Of a stretch of 64,000 nucleotides of DNA, positions 12,682 to 22,069 are shown one piece after another. Source of the DNA: Dehalococcoidia bacterium. GTDB lineage: Bacteria; Chloroflexota; Dehalococcoidia; SM23-28-2; RBG-16-64-32. The DNA lies in NCBI GenBank assembly GCA_963665775.2, contig CAXXTF010000001.1:96001-160000 (forward strand), written 5' to 3'. The notes under the pieces are model-generated. The model made no database searches. It worked only from the letters and a program-made list of their open reading frames with translations, and was not told where the DNA came from. The position numbers and the translations under genes were made by a program. Position 1 is the first letter of the stretch. Every line of letters begins with the position of its first letter.

Positions 12682-13482
12682 TTACTTGACCAGCCTCCTC
12701 CGCATGGTGTGAAGGACGATACCGTAGAACAGCGCCGCGACCACCAGGATCCAGGCGATGTCCAACAGGTGCTCCCATTGAGGCTCGCCCCTGGCCAGCC
12801 CCCGGTATACGTCCACGACATGGGTTATGGGGATCCACCAGGCGAGGCGTTGCAGCGTCTCCGGCAGCCGGTCCAGCGGGAAGAAGACGCCGCCCAGCCA
12901 GAACATGGGGGTGATGAAGATAGCGAAGAAGTAGTTGAGGGAGCTGATAGAGCGGGCCACTGAGGTGTAGGTGAGAGCGATAGTAGAGAACATGAGGCCG
13001 GAGAGAAAGGACATGGGCAGAATGAGCAGGGCCAGGGGCGAGTCCAGCAGACCCCAGGCGGCTACCACGGCCAGGATATAGGCGCTGGAGATGACGGAGC
13101 GGGTAGCGCCCCATAGCACCTCGCCGGTGATGACGTCCTCTACGCTGACCGGCGTGGCCACCATGGCGTCGAAGGTGCGATGGTTCTCCATGCGGAAGAA
13201 GGAGCCCCAGGCGCTCTCGCCGGCGGACGCCCACATGGGGAAAACAGCCAGCAGCCCCGGTGCGATGAACTCGATGTACCGCTGGCCGCTGGGCAGCTCC
13301 ACCAGCCCGCCCAGGCCGATGCCCAGGGCCACCAGGCTGATGATCGGCTCCGCCAGGGGCCAGATCAGCTCCGACTTCCAGAGCTTGAGGTAGACGTCTC
13401 GATTCCGCTGCCATACCCGCCCGGCCCGCAGCGAGACGTCCGGCCGGTGCCACAGCTTCCGCGGGGAAGCGGTGGCCGTCAC
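12682..13482 (-). CDS. ABC-2 exporter permease (NodJ-like)
   Basis: YIEFIAPGLLA, TPMFWLGGVFFP, multiple TM segments. Confidence 0.88.
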   Translation of the reverse strand: MTATASPRKLWHRPDVSLRAGRVWQRNRDVYLKLWKSELIWPLAEPIISLVALGIGLGGLVELPSGQRYIEFIAPGLLAVFPMWASAGESAWGSFFRMENHRTFDAMVATPVSVEDVITGEVLWGATRSVISSAYILAVVAAWGLLDSPLALLILPMSFLSGLMFSTIALTYTSVARSISSLNYFFAIFITPMFWLGGVFFPLDRLPETLQRLAWWIPITHVVDVYRGLARGEPQWEHLLDIAWILVVAALFYGIVLHTMRRRLVK

Positions 13483-14399
13483 TCCACCAACCCCCTTCCC
13501 GTCAGCTGGAGGAAGACATCCTCCAGATTCGCCCGGCGGTACACCACCTTATCAGCCTCCACATTCAGGGAAGAGACATCCAGGCCATCGTTTCCCCGCA
13601 CGTATATGTACAGGATATCCTCCACCTCCTCCACCGTCAGGCCGTTCCGCCCCTCCAGCCGCCGGAGAACGTCCGAGCGCTCCGCCGGCCCCAGGTGCAC
13701 CTCCACCACCTCCCGGCCGGCGAAGCGATTTACCAGCTCATCGGGTGTGCCTTCCGCCATTATTTGCCCCTTGTGCATGATGACGATACGATCGCACAGG
13801 TGGGCAGCCTCGTCCATATAGTGCGTGGTCAGAAGCATGGTGACGCCCTGAGAACGCAAGAACCTGAGCTTCCGCCAGACCAGGTGACGGGCCTGAGGGT
13901 CCAGCCCCGTCGTTGGTTCGTCCAGCACAAGGATTCGCGGCGCGTTGATGAGCCCTCGGGCTATGGTCAGCCGCCGCTTCATACCGCTGGACAGGGAATC
14001 GATGCGCTCGTTCTGCTTCTCCGTAAGCTGGAACAGGGCCAGCGACTCGCCGATGCGCTCCTCGGCCACCTCTCGCGGCAGATCGAAATAGCGGCTGTAG
14101 ACCCGCAGGTTCTGGCGTACGGTAAGGTCCGGGTCCAGGTTCTCATCCTGAGGCACGACACCAAGGGTAGCCTTGATCCGCCGTGGCTCGCGCTGCACGT
14201 CCATCCCGTCCACAGTCAGCACTCCCGCCGTGACGGGGGAGACACAGCTGATCATGCGGATGGTTGTTGTCTTACCGGCCCCGTTGGGACCCAGGAAGCC
14301 GAAACACTCCCCGGCCCGCACGGAGAAGGAGATGCGATCTACGGCTGTGAAGGAACCGTAGCGCTTTACGAGCTCCTTAGCAACGATGATCTCGGACAT
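13479..14399 (-). CDS. ABC exporter ATP-binding protein (NodI-like)
   Basis: GPNGAGKTT, LSSGMKRR, LDEPTTGLDPQAR. Confidence 0.92.
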   Translation of the reverse strand: MSEIIVAKELVKRYGSFTAVDRISFSVRAGECFGFLGPNGAGKTTTIRMISCVSPVTAGVLTVDGMDVQREPRRIKATLGVVPQDENLDPDLTVRQNLRVYSRYFDLPREVAEERIGESLALFQLTEKQNERIDSLSSGMKRRLTIARGLINAPRILVLDEPTTGLDPQARHLVWRKLRFLRSQGVTMLLTTHYMDEAAHLCDRIVIMHKGQIMAEGTPDELVNRFAGREVVEVHLGPAERSDVLRRLEGRNGLTVEEVEDILYIYVRGNDGLDVSSLNVEADKVVYRRANLEDVFLQLTGRGLVE

Positions 14400-14595
14400 G
14401 GCACAGCGGGTATCACATCGGCGGGCCGAGGGTATGTTAGCAGACGCTAGGGCCACGGCAAAGGGGCGGCGGAATAGCCAACCTCTACTGGTCTGCCGGG
14501 CGGTCTAACGGGCAGCCGGGAGGGGCGAGAGGTCTTTAACCGAGTGGGATGGGTCCGTGGCAGGACAGCGCCTGACGCCGAGGGGGCCGAGGAGG

Positions 14596-15444
14596 CTATT
14601 CCTCTTCTTCCTCCTCATCTCCTTCCTCCTCAACGTCGGCTTCTACGGTGTCGCCCACACGGCCACGGTGGGGGCCATCGGTAGTGGCGTCCGCCGAGTC
14701 GCCCTCACCAGCCGGCTCCCACTCGTCACCATCCTCGCCATATACCTCTTCGGCGACCTGACGGGGCATCCGCCGCTTCAAATATGGTCTAACCGATTCG
14801 CCCACCGTTGCTGGGAAAGAAAGCTTCCCCACCTGCGAGGGGTGCTGGAAGGTTTCACGTATGAAGAGCCGAACCTCCCGTTCGTCCAGGGCCGAGATGG
14901 CGGCTACATACTGGTTGCCACCGTTCATGAACTTGATGAGGCGCTGGGCCATCTTCGGCTCGACGTCGCCCACGTGCTCACCATCCGCGCTCTGGACCAC
15001 CAAGGAACCGCTCTGCTGGTCGAGGAGTACCTGATCGCCGGCGGTCATGCGGGCGGCCACGGCCATGTTGGGCCGGAGCACGACCGTGACCCCTGTCTTG
15101 CCGGTCTCCTCAATGAACATTTGAGGGGAGAGCTTCTGCGTGCCGGATCGGGGTGCCGCCTCCTCGCCCAGAGAGGCTAGGCGCGCCAGGTTCTTGCGGG
15201 CGATGGCATTCAGCGAGTCGAACTCCAACGCCTTCATATAGGCTTCCCGCGCCTCACTATAGCGGCCCACCTCCGTCATCGCCTTCCCTAGCCTGTTGAA
15301 GGCATCGACATCTGTCGGGAACGACTCGATTATCGCCCGGTTCACCTGAGCCGCGTCGGCCCAGCGGCCCTGAAGGGCCAGTTGTATCGCCAGGTCTGCC
15401 TGCTGTCTCTTCACCTTAGCCCTAGCTTCCGCCTGGAAGACCAT
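14596..15444 (-). CDS. TPR-containing protein with acidic tail
   Basis: TPR-like DAFNRLGKAM...A.EAYMKALE; E-rich C-terminus. Confidence 0.7.
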   Translation of the reverse strand: MVFQAEARAKVKRQQADLAIQLALQGRWADAAQVNRAIIESFPTDVDAFNRLGKAMTEVGRYSEAREAYMKALEFDSLNAIARKNLARLASLGEEAAPRSGTQKLSPQMFIEETGKTGVTVVLRPNMAVAARMTAGDQVLLDQQSGSLVVQSADGEHVGDVEPKMAQRLIKFMNGGNQYVAAISALDEREVRLFIRETFQHPSQVGKLSFPATVGESVRPYLKRRMPRQVAEEVYGEDGDEWEPAGEGDSADATTDGPHRGRVGDTVEADVEEEGDEEEEEE

Positions 15445-15771
15445 CTCATCGCCTCCGCCTAGAGTCGGCTCTGCATTCTAGCCCCCTCGCAGCCGTAACT
15501 GCAAGAGATCACAGTCATACAATGATTTGAATGTTTTAACGTCAAAAACGCCTGCAGGTTTCCTGACGCTGCTCAGTAAATGACGCTGCTCCCGCCAGAA
15601 AATGTTACAGAACCCCATATTCCCCTGCCTCATCGGGTGAGAGCTTAGTCTGCGCCGGTGGACTCAAGATAGCAACCCGCTTGGGCAAAAAACGTCAATT
15701 ACACGATGAGACAGTTCGCTCTCTACGGTATATACGCTTGGGGTGAGCGGAGGGGTTTCAGCAATTAGGGA

Positions 15772-15849
15772 TGGTCGGGGTGGGCGGATTCGAACCGCCG
15801 ACCTCACGGTCCCGAACCGTGCGCTCTAGCCTGACTGAGCTACACCCCG
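15772..15849 (-). tRNA. tRNA-Pro(CGG)
   Basis: CGGGGTGTAGCTCAG...CACGG-TTCGGGA-CCGTG...GGTTCGAATCC...CACCCCGACCA; encoded CCA. Confidence 0.97.
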
Positions 15850-16059
15850 ACGGCTTGCAGCCACCGGGACTCCCGGACGAACGATACGATCGCAGCAGAG
15901 ACTTGTCGAAGAAGCGTCAACTACCGATGGCACTGGCATGCTAGCAAAGCAGCGCCCCATTGTCGAGAAGCCGCGGTCGTTCGTGCAGCCTGGCCCTCGG
16001 GGCGAAGGCGGCCAGGACCACGAGCCCATCCATCTCGAACGGGATGGAGGCCGTACCGG

Positions 16060-17418
16060 TTAGGTGGCCTCCTTGTCCGTAGGCCGGGCGCGCGCCCGCA
16101 GCCTCCGCAAGAAGTCGCTGTAGAGCCGGAGGTCGCTGGGGCGAACGACCAGCGCCTCCCACACACCGCGGCCGGAGACGCGGCGGTACCAGTAGAGAGT
16201 GGCGACCAGGGCCACCACGTAGGCCACGGAAGAGGCGATGGCCGCCCCCTCCACCTCCAGCCAGGGTATGAGGATCAGATCCAGGCCAATCGTCACTCCC
16301 AGGGCGATGAAGGTGGCATAGGTGTTGTAGATTATCCGGCCCTGGCTGAACAGGTAGCTACCCAGGACACGGGTAGCGCTGGCGGCGATCACCCCCGGCA
16401 TCAGCAGCATCATTGGCGTCGTGGCAGCGGTGAACTCGCCGCCGAACAGGAGCCGAATGAGCAGCGGCGAAACGGCCACGAGGCCGGCGGCCGCCCCCAC
16501 GCTGACCAGCACGGTGTTCCGACAGACCAGGGGGATCATCGCATCGGCCTGCTGGCGGTTCATCTGCGTAAGGCGGGGGAGGAGCACCATGGCCACGGCC
16601 GAGGAGATCCACCAAACGCTCTCGCCCAGGCCCACGGCAACGGTGTAATGACCGACCCCGGCGCGGGAGACGAAAGCGGCCACTAGAAACTGGTCCAGAC
16701 GGTAGTTGAACAGCTGGGCCAGATTGGCCGCCTGCCCCTGGGCCCCGTAGTGAATCTGCTCCTTCAGGGCCTGCCAGGGGGGGTGCAGCAGGCCGCCCAG
16801 GTCTGCCTTACGGACACCCACCAGGACCACGGTCAGGAGATCGGCAAGCAAGAAGGAGGCAGCCCAGGCCGCCAGGGCGCTGAAAACGTCCAGCGTATCC
16901 GCCAGGTAGAGTGCGCCCACCATGAGGAGCCCGGTCAGCCCCTGAGTGACAGCCACGCTACTCAGGGCCAGGAAGCGGCTGGCACCGTGAAGGAAGGAGG
17001 TGAGCAGGATATAGGCCACTATCGCCGGCAGGGCAGAGGCGTACAGCCAGTAGGCGCGACCGGAGACGAACAGCTCCGGCTCGGTTATGAGGCCGAAGGC
17101 GGCCACCAGGACCCAAGTGATGATAGAGGCGACGGTCAGAACGAACAGGCTGCCTGCCAGGAGAACCCGATAGGAGTGGGTGCCTTTGTTCAGGAAGTAG
17201 ATATTGCCGAGCCCGACGCCCAGGCTGGCGATGCCGCCGGCCACCAGGACGGCGACGAAGAAGAGCGAGTAGGTGCCTAGCCCCTCGTCACCGAGGGTAC
17301 GAGCCAGCACCACCCGGAGGCCGAAGGCCAGCCCGTAGATGACGATCTGGGACAGGACGACCAGGTTGACGTTGACCAGAAAGCTGCCGCCGCTAACATC
17401 GTCGAGATCAGACTGCAT
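16060..17418 (-). CDS. MOP/Wzx-type oligosaccharide flippase
   Basis: About 12 TM segments; LARTLG..GLGTY, YRLDQFLV, GVGHY, GAAIASSVAY. Confidence 0.85.
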   Translation of the reverse strand: MQSDLDDVSGGSFLVNVNLVVLSQIVIYGLAFGLRVVLARTLGDEGLGTYSLFFVAVLVAGGIASLGVGLGNIYFLNKGTHSYRVLLAGSLFVLTVASIITWVLVAAFGLITEPELFVSGRAYWLYASALPAIVAYILLTSFLHGASRFLALSSVAVTQGLTGLLMVGALYLADTLDVFSALAAWAASFLLADLLTVVLVGVRKADLGGLLHPPWQALKEQIHYGAQGQAANLAQLFNYRLDQFLVAAFVSRAGVGHYTVAVGLGESVWWISSAVAMVLLPRLTQMNRQQADAMIPLVCRNTVLVSVGAAAGLVAVSPLLIRLLFGGEFTAATTPMMLLMPGVIAASATRVLGSYLFSQGRIIYNTYATFIALGVTIGLDLILIPWLEVEGAAIASSVAYVVALVATLYWYRRVSGRGVWEALVVRPSDLRLYSDFLRRLRARARPTDKEAT

Positions 17419-17543
17419 CGGACTATCCCGGCTCCGGGTGCGGCCGCAGGCAAGAGTCGGCGGCTTTCTGGTCAACGAGAGCCATCACCCAACAGCGTAC
17501 CACTAACGCTAATGCGCCCTCATAGCGGGTAACTCCTCCCGCC

Positions 17544-17679
17544 CAGGAGCCGAATGAGCAGCGGCGAAACGGCCACAAGGCCGGCAGCCGCCCCCACGCT
17601 GACTAGCACCGTGTTCCGACAGACCAGGGGGATCATCGCATCGGCCGGCTGGCGGTTCATCTGCCTAAGGCGGGGCAGG
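17544..17679 (-). repeat. 136-bp diverged duplicate of an internal flippase segment (16447-16582)
   Basis: Direct ungapped alignment with 7 mismatches. Confidence 0.95.
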
Positions 17680-17779
17680 TTCCCTTCAACCGTAACAGAA
17701 CGCCTTCGCTCGGCCTCAGCAGCCCAAGACCCCAGCAACCGTAAGAGTGGCTCCTTCCAGGCGCAAGATGACGCTCCCG

Positions 17780-17808
17780 TTGCTACTTCTACAATTCAAA
17801 CGTATAAT
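17780..17808 (+). promoter_or_regulatory. Sigma70-type promoter for the isochorismatase-family gene
   Basis: TTGCTA-N17-TATAAT, followed by SD GAGGAGG. Confidence 0.65.
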
Positions 17809-17847
17809 CCGGCGTGCCCGTTACGACTACCGTGAGGAGGTCATTAG

Positions 17848-18432
17848 ATGCCCAACCTGAATCTAGACATAAGCAGCACCGCCGTCATCGCCAGCGAACT
17901 GAGCAAAGGGAATACGGCAAACAACCAGATGGCCGAAGAGCGAGACCTCATCGGGAACGCCAGGCGGGTGATGGATGCCGCGCGGGCAGCCGGCATTCCC
18001 GTGATTCACGTGGCCATAGGCTTCCGCGAGGGCTATCCGGAGGTGAGCGACCGCAACAAGATGTTCAAGATGATCAAGGAGAACGGCACTCTTAAGGCGA
18101 GCAGCGAACAGATGGAGATCCGTGACGAGGTGAAGCCTCTTCCCGGCGAGGTCGTCGTGAGCCGCCCCAGGGTCAACCCCTTCTACAATTCGGAACTCGA
18201 ATCCATCCTCAAAGCGAGAAACATCAATACGCTGGCGATCATGGGCATCGTGACCAATTTCAGCGTGGAGGCCACCGCCCGACACGCCGCCGACGCCGAC
18301 TATCGGGTCATCATTCTGGAGGACTGCTGTGCCAGCCGCCAGCGGGAGGATCACGACCATGCCATCAAGTACGTCCTCTCGATGATAGCGGATATCGCCT
18401 CTTCCCAGGACTTCGTAGAGAGCGTCCGCTAA
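17848..18432 (+). CDS. Isochorismatase/cysteine-hydrolase fold protein with atypical triad
   Basis: ARAAGIPVIHV, GIVTNFSVEATARHAAD.DYRV...EDCCAS. Confidence 0.85.
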   Translation: MPNLNLDISSTAVIASELSKGNTANNQMAEERDLIGNARRVMDAARAAGIPVIHVAIGFREGYPEVSDRNKMFKMIKENGTLKASSEQMEIRDEVKPLPGEVVVSRPRVNPFYNSELESILKARNINTLAIMGIVTNFSVEATARHAADADYRVIILEDCCASRQREDHDHAIKYVLSMIADIASSQDFVESVR

Positions 18433-18442
18433 TCGAGGCCCG

Positions 18443-19138
18443 CTAGCGCCACTCGACGCGGCGAAACGCCTCCGCCAACTTGTATCCTGGCTCCTTACCC
18501 ACCGCCGCCATGCGCTCGCGTAGCCGCTTCCTCATCTCCCGGGCCGGGGTACGCCCTACCTGGCTTTTATGTTGGCGGATCGCCTGCATCCTCTTGGCGA
18601 AGTAATCGCTTACGTCCACGTAATAGTCGGGCTGCTCGCTCCCCGCCAGTAGCGCCTCCTGCACGCGATGCGGCTCCAGCCCTTCCTCTAAGTGTTCCGG
18701 ATACGCCAGATGGGAGCGGGCCAGGGGATAGCCGGCATCCAGGGCCGCCCGACCCGTCAGCATGTGGTCGCGGTGGTTGAAGCTGCGGCGGAACGGGTCC
18801 CACGTCACGAGCACCTCCGGCCGGAAGCGCCGGATCTCCCGCACGAGTTGTCCCCGAAACTCCGGGGTGTCCTCCACGAAACCGTCCGGGTAACGCAGGA
18901 AGACGCACTCGCGCACGCCCAGGACCTTGGCTGCCTGCCGTTGTTCCTTCTCGCGCAGGGGGGCCAGCCGTTCGCGGGTCATCTCCGGATCGTCGCTCCC
19001 CATGTCGCCGCTGGTGGCGAGCACGTAGTTGACCTCCCACCCTTCAGCACACCAACGGGCGATGGTGCCGGCGAATAGGAACTCGGCGTCATCGGGATGG
19101 GCGACTATGACCAGGGCCTTGCGCGGCTCCTCAGCCAT
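18443..19138 (-). CDS. PIG-L/LmbE family deacetylase (MshB/BshB-like)
   Basis: AHPDDAE, NHRDH, HKSQ motifs. Confidence 0.9.
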   Translation of the reverse strand: MAEEPRKALVIVAHPDDAEFLFAGTIARWCAEGWEVNYVLATSGDMGSDDPEMTRERLAPLREKEQRQAAKVLGVRECVFLRYPDGFVEDTPEFRGQLVREIRRFRPEVLVTWDPFRRSFNHRDHMLTGRAALDAGYPLARSHLAYPEHLEEGLEPHRVQEALLAGSEQPDYYVDVSDYFAKRMQAIRQHKSQVGRTPAREMRKRLRERMAAVGKEPGYKLAEAFRRVEWR

Positions 19139-19147
19139 GGGCTGCCG

Positions 19148-20377
19148 TCAGGCTATGTGTGCCCCTACGGCAACGCCCCGGTACTGAGAGACCAGCTCAT
19201 GGTAGACATCCTCGACCTGGGCAGCCACCTCCGACCAGCGGAAACGCTCCACGGCGATCCTGGCCTCGCGGCCCAGCTGACGGCGCAGGCGGGCGTCGCT
19301 CAGAAGCTGGTCCAACCGTTCGGCGAAGGGCTGTGGGCAGCGCCAGGGGACCAGATATCCCGTCTCACCATCCTGCACAGTCTCCCGGAGACCGCCCACT
19401 CGGGAGGCCACGACGGGAACCCCGCAAGCCATCGCTTCCAGAGCGACCAGCCCGAAGCTCTCGTAGTACGAGGGGACGACGCACACGTCGGCGGCGTTGT
19501 AGTAGAGGGGCAGATCATCATGGGGCACGGCGTCCAGGAAGCTCACCCGCTCACCGATGCCCAACTCGTCGACCAGCGCTCGTAACTCGGCCTGACGTGC
19601 GGCCTCCTTGCCATCGCCGCCCACGGCCAAGAGGCGGAATTCGCCTTCCAGTTTGCTCACGGCCCGCAGCAACACATCGATCCCCTTGAGAGGCTCGATG
19701 CGCCCCACGAAGAGCACCAGGGACTCCTTCGCAGGCAGCTTCAGACGCCGGCGGGCACGGGAACGGCTCATGGGCCGGAAATGCTCCGTGTCCACCCCGC
19801 AGGGAATGCAGGTGACACGGTCGTCGGGGACGCCGTACAGCTTCAGCAGCGTCTCCCGCTCGCTCTCGCTGGCGCAAATGATGCGGTCCGCGCCCTGAGC
19901 CAGGAGCCGCTCGCCGGCGATGCGATCATAGGGCTCCCTCTTAGCCAGTCCGGCCCGATTCTTCGCCTCACCCAGGGTATGGAACATGATGACGTGAGGT
20001 GCGCCCCAGCGCACCTTCAGCGCCTGGCCCACCCATCCGGACAGCCAATAATGGCTGTGCACCAGGTCATAGACGCGTCCCTCACCCTCCTGGAAGGCCA
20101 GGACGCCGCTTCGGAACTGTGGCAGGTAGCTTCGCAGGGAACCCTTATCGGCATCCGGAGCCCCGGCCTCGATCTGGATAACGCGGGTGCGCTCGTCGAT
20201 CATCACCACCTCGGGGGTGGCCTGGTCGACACGGCGGGTGAAGATATCCATGGTGTGGGCGCGGCGGCCCATCTCCCGGCTCAGCTCCCGAATGTAGACG
20301 TTCATCCCGCCACTGTCCAGAGTGCCGGGGCGGGCAAGCGGCGAAGTGTGAACGGAAACGACGGCGATGTTACACAT
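19148..20377 (-). CDS. GT4 glycosyltransferase, MshA-like
   Basis: [39 protein letters not shown]. Confidence 0.85.
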   Translation of the reverse strand: MCNIAVVSVHTSPLARPGTLDSGGMNVYIRELSREMGRRAHTMDIFTRRVDQATPEVVMIDERTRVIQIEAGAPDADKGSLRSYLPQFRSGVLAFQEGEGRVYDLVHSHYWLSGWVGQALKVRWGAPHVIMFHTLGEAKNRAGLAKREPYDRIAGERLLAQGADRIICASESERETLLKLYGVPDDRVTCIPCGVDTEHFRPMSRSRARRRLKLPAKESLVLFVGRIEPLKGIDVLLRAVSKLEGEFRLLAVGGDGKEAARQAELRALVDELGIGERVSFLDAVPHDDLPLYYNAADVCVVPSYYESFGLVALEAMACGVPVVASRVGGLRETVQDGETGYLVPWRCPQPFAERLDQLLSDARLRRQLGREARIAVERFRWSEVAAQVEDVYHELVSQYRGVAVGAHIA

Positions 20378-20404
20378 TAGGTTCCCTCATGATAACACGA
20401 ACGG

Positions 20405-21385
20405 TCAACCTCTCCGGATGACGCAGCGGTGTACCCTCAGGTCCTCCGCCCCTAGGTCATACTTGTACGGCTCGGCGCCCCGCAGAAAGTCGAAGCGCCG
20501 TCGGCCCTCCGCGATGGTCCGCTGCAAGGCCAGCGCCTTGGAGAGGACGCCAACGGAGAGGCCGGCGTAGGCCGGGTCATAGCCACTGTTGTAGAGGAGG
20601 AGCTCGCCCTCGGCCCGAAAACAGAGGACGCCGGCCACCCGCACCTGGTTCAGCGTGAGGAAGATCATCTCCGCCAGCCCCTCTTGGGCCATCGCCGGGA
20701 CGATACGGCGGAAGAAGTGGGTCATGCGATCCGTCATGAAAGCAGCTTTGTCCGAGCGAGCTGCGCCATGCAAGCGGAGGAAGTCGCCCAGGGCGGCGTC
20801 GATATCGGCGGGGGCCTCCAGCACATCGAGCCCTACCGGCCCACCCTGGGGCAGCTTCCGCAGCTTGCGGCGCAGCTCGTGGCGGTCCTTTCGGTTCAGC
20901 CCCTGCAGGTACCCCTCCCAGCTATCTGGCAGGCTCACCCGGGGGCAGACATCCTCCACCTCCGTCTCCAAGGAAAGCCCCAAGTCAGCGCATACGGCTG
21001 GGAGCGCCTTCAGAGTGGGGGAGTCGTCACGCAGGGCCCACAGAGCCAGCTCCTCCCATGGCTCCGCCAGCAGCGAGCGCAGGACAGCGGCCAGCACCGC
21101 CTGCTCCGCGCCGGCCAGGGCCGTGATGTCCATGTAGTCGCAGATCTCCGTATCGCCGGCGAAGCTGAGGCGCCCATCCTCGCGCATGAGGGGCGCCACG
21201 CCCACTAGCTCGTCACCGCGGCGGACCGAGAGAAGTACAGACTCGCGGCCCTCTCCGAACTCCTCCCACCAGACCCGCTGCCAGGTGGGCGAGATGAAGA
21301 CGCAAGGATAGAAGGATTGGGGCAGAACCTGCCGCCACTCCGGCTCTAGCTGGGGCAGCGCCTCTCGCTGGACGGTATAGCTCAC
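20405..21385 (-). CDS. GNAT acyltransferase, CelD/BcsL-like
   Basis: YNSGYDP, FDFLRGAEPYKYDLG. Confidence 0.85.
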   Translation of the reverse strand: MSYTVQREALPQLEPEWRQVLPQSFYPCVFISPTWQRVWWEEFGEGRESVLLSVRRGDELVGVAPLMREDGRLSFAGDTEICDYMDITALAGAEQAVLAAVLRSLLAEPWEELALWALRDDSPTLKALPAVCADLGLSLETEVEDVCPRVSLPDSWEGYLQGLNRKDRHELRRKLRKLPQGGPVGLDVLEAPADIDAALGDFLRLHGAARSDKAAFMTDRMTHFFRRIVPAMAQEGLAEMIFLTLNQVRVAGVLCFRAEGELLLYNSGYDPAYAGLSVGVLSKALALQRTIAEGRRRFDFLRGAEPYKYDLGAEDLRVHRCVIRRG

Positions 21386-21386
21386 G

Positions 21387-21965
21387 TCACTTCCCCTGCA
21401 CCAGAGCCAGGAACTCAGAGCGGGTCGCGGCGCGGCGGCGGAATCCGCCCCGGATAGCTGACGTCACCAGGAGCGTGCCCGGCTTCTGGACGCCGCGCAT
21501 CGTGATGCAGAGGTGCTCGGCTTGGATGATCACGGCCACACCGTCCGGCGACAACCCATCCATGATGCAGTCAGCGATCTGGCTCGTGAGCCGCTCCTGA
21601 AGCTGCGGGCGGCGAGCAAGGATATCGACGGCGCGGGCGATCTTGCTGGCCCCCACAATGCGCCCCTCCGGAACGTAGCCAACGTGGGCGCGGCCGTGAA
21701 ACGGGAGGAAGTGGTGCTCACACAAGGAGTAGAAGGGGATGTCCTTGAGGATCACCATCTCCTTATGGGCCTCCTGGAAGCCCGCGGCGAGCACCTCGCG
21801 CGGGTCCTGGTACAGCCCGGCCAGCAGCTCGGCGTACATGGCACCGATGCGCCGGGGCGTGTCCACCAGCCCCTCGCGGCTCGGGTCTTCCCCGATAGCC
21901 TCGAGAATCTGGCTCACCGCCTTAGCAATGCGGTCCTGATCGACGCCAGTGGTAATAGCGTTCAC
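21387..21965 (-). CDS. folE: GTP cyclohydrolase I
   Basis: CEHHFLPF, RRPQLQERLT, EHLC.TMRG. Confidence 0.96.
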   Translation of the reverse strand: MNAITTGVDQDRIAKAVSQILEAIGEDPSREGLVDTPRRIGAMYAELLAGLYQDPREVLAAGFQEAHKEMVILKDIPFYSLCEHHFLPFHGRAHVGYVPEGRIVGASKIARAVDILARRPQLQERLTSQIADCIMDGLSPDGVAVIIQAEHLCITMRGVQKPGTLLVTSAIRGGFRRRAATRSEFLALVQGK

Positions 21966-22069
21966 TCCAGATGAACCTACGACTCTACGGAACGGACGGA
22001 TGGAGCGGGACGGTTATCAGGCTCAATTCTAACAGCGAACGGCCCCCTGGTGGAAGATGGGGGCGCCGC

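Noticed and set aside
15445-15849. Genomic island integrated at tRNA-Pro
   Set aside because: No integrase and no duplicated tRNA 3' end seen in the window.
16447-17679. Flippase duplicate as a DGR template/variable repeat pair
   Set aside because: Mismatches are not adenine-specific on either strand and there is no reverse transcriptase in the window.
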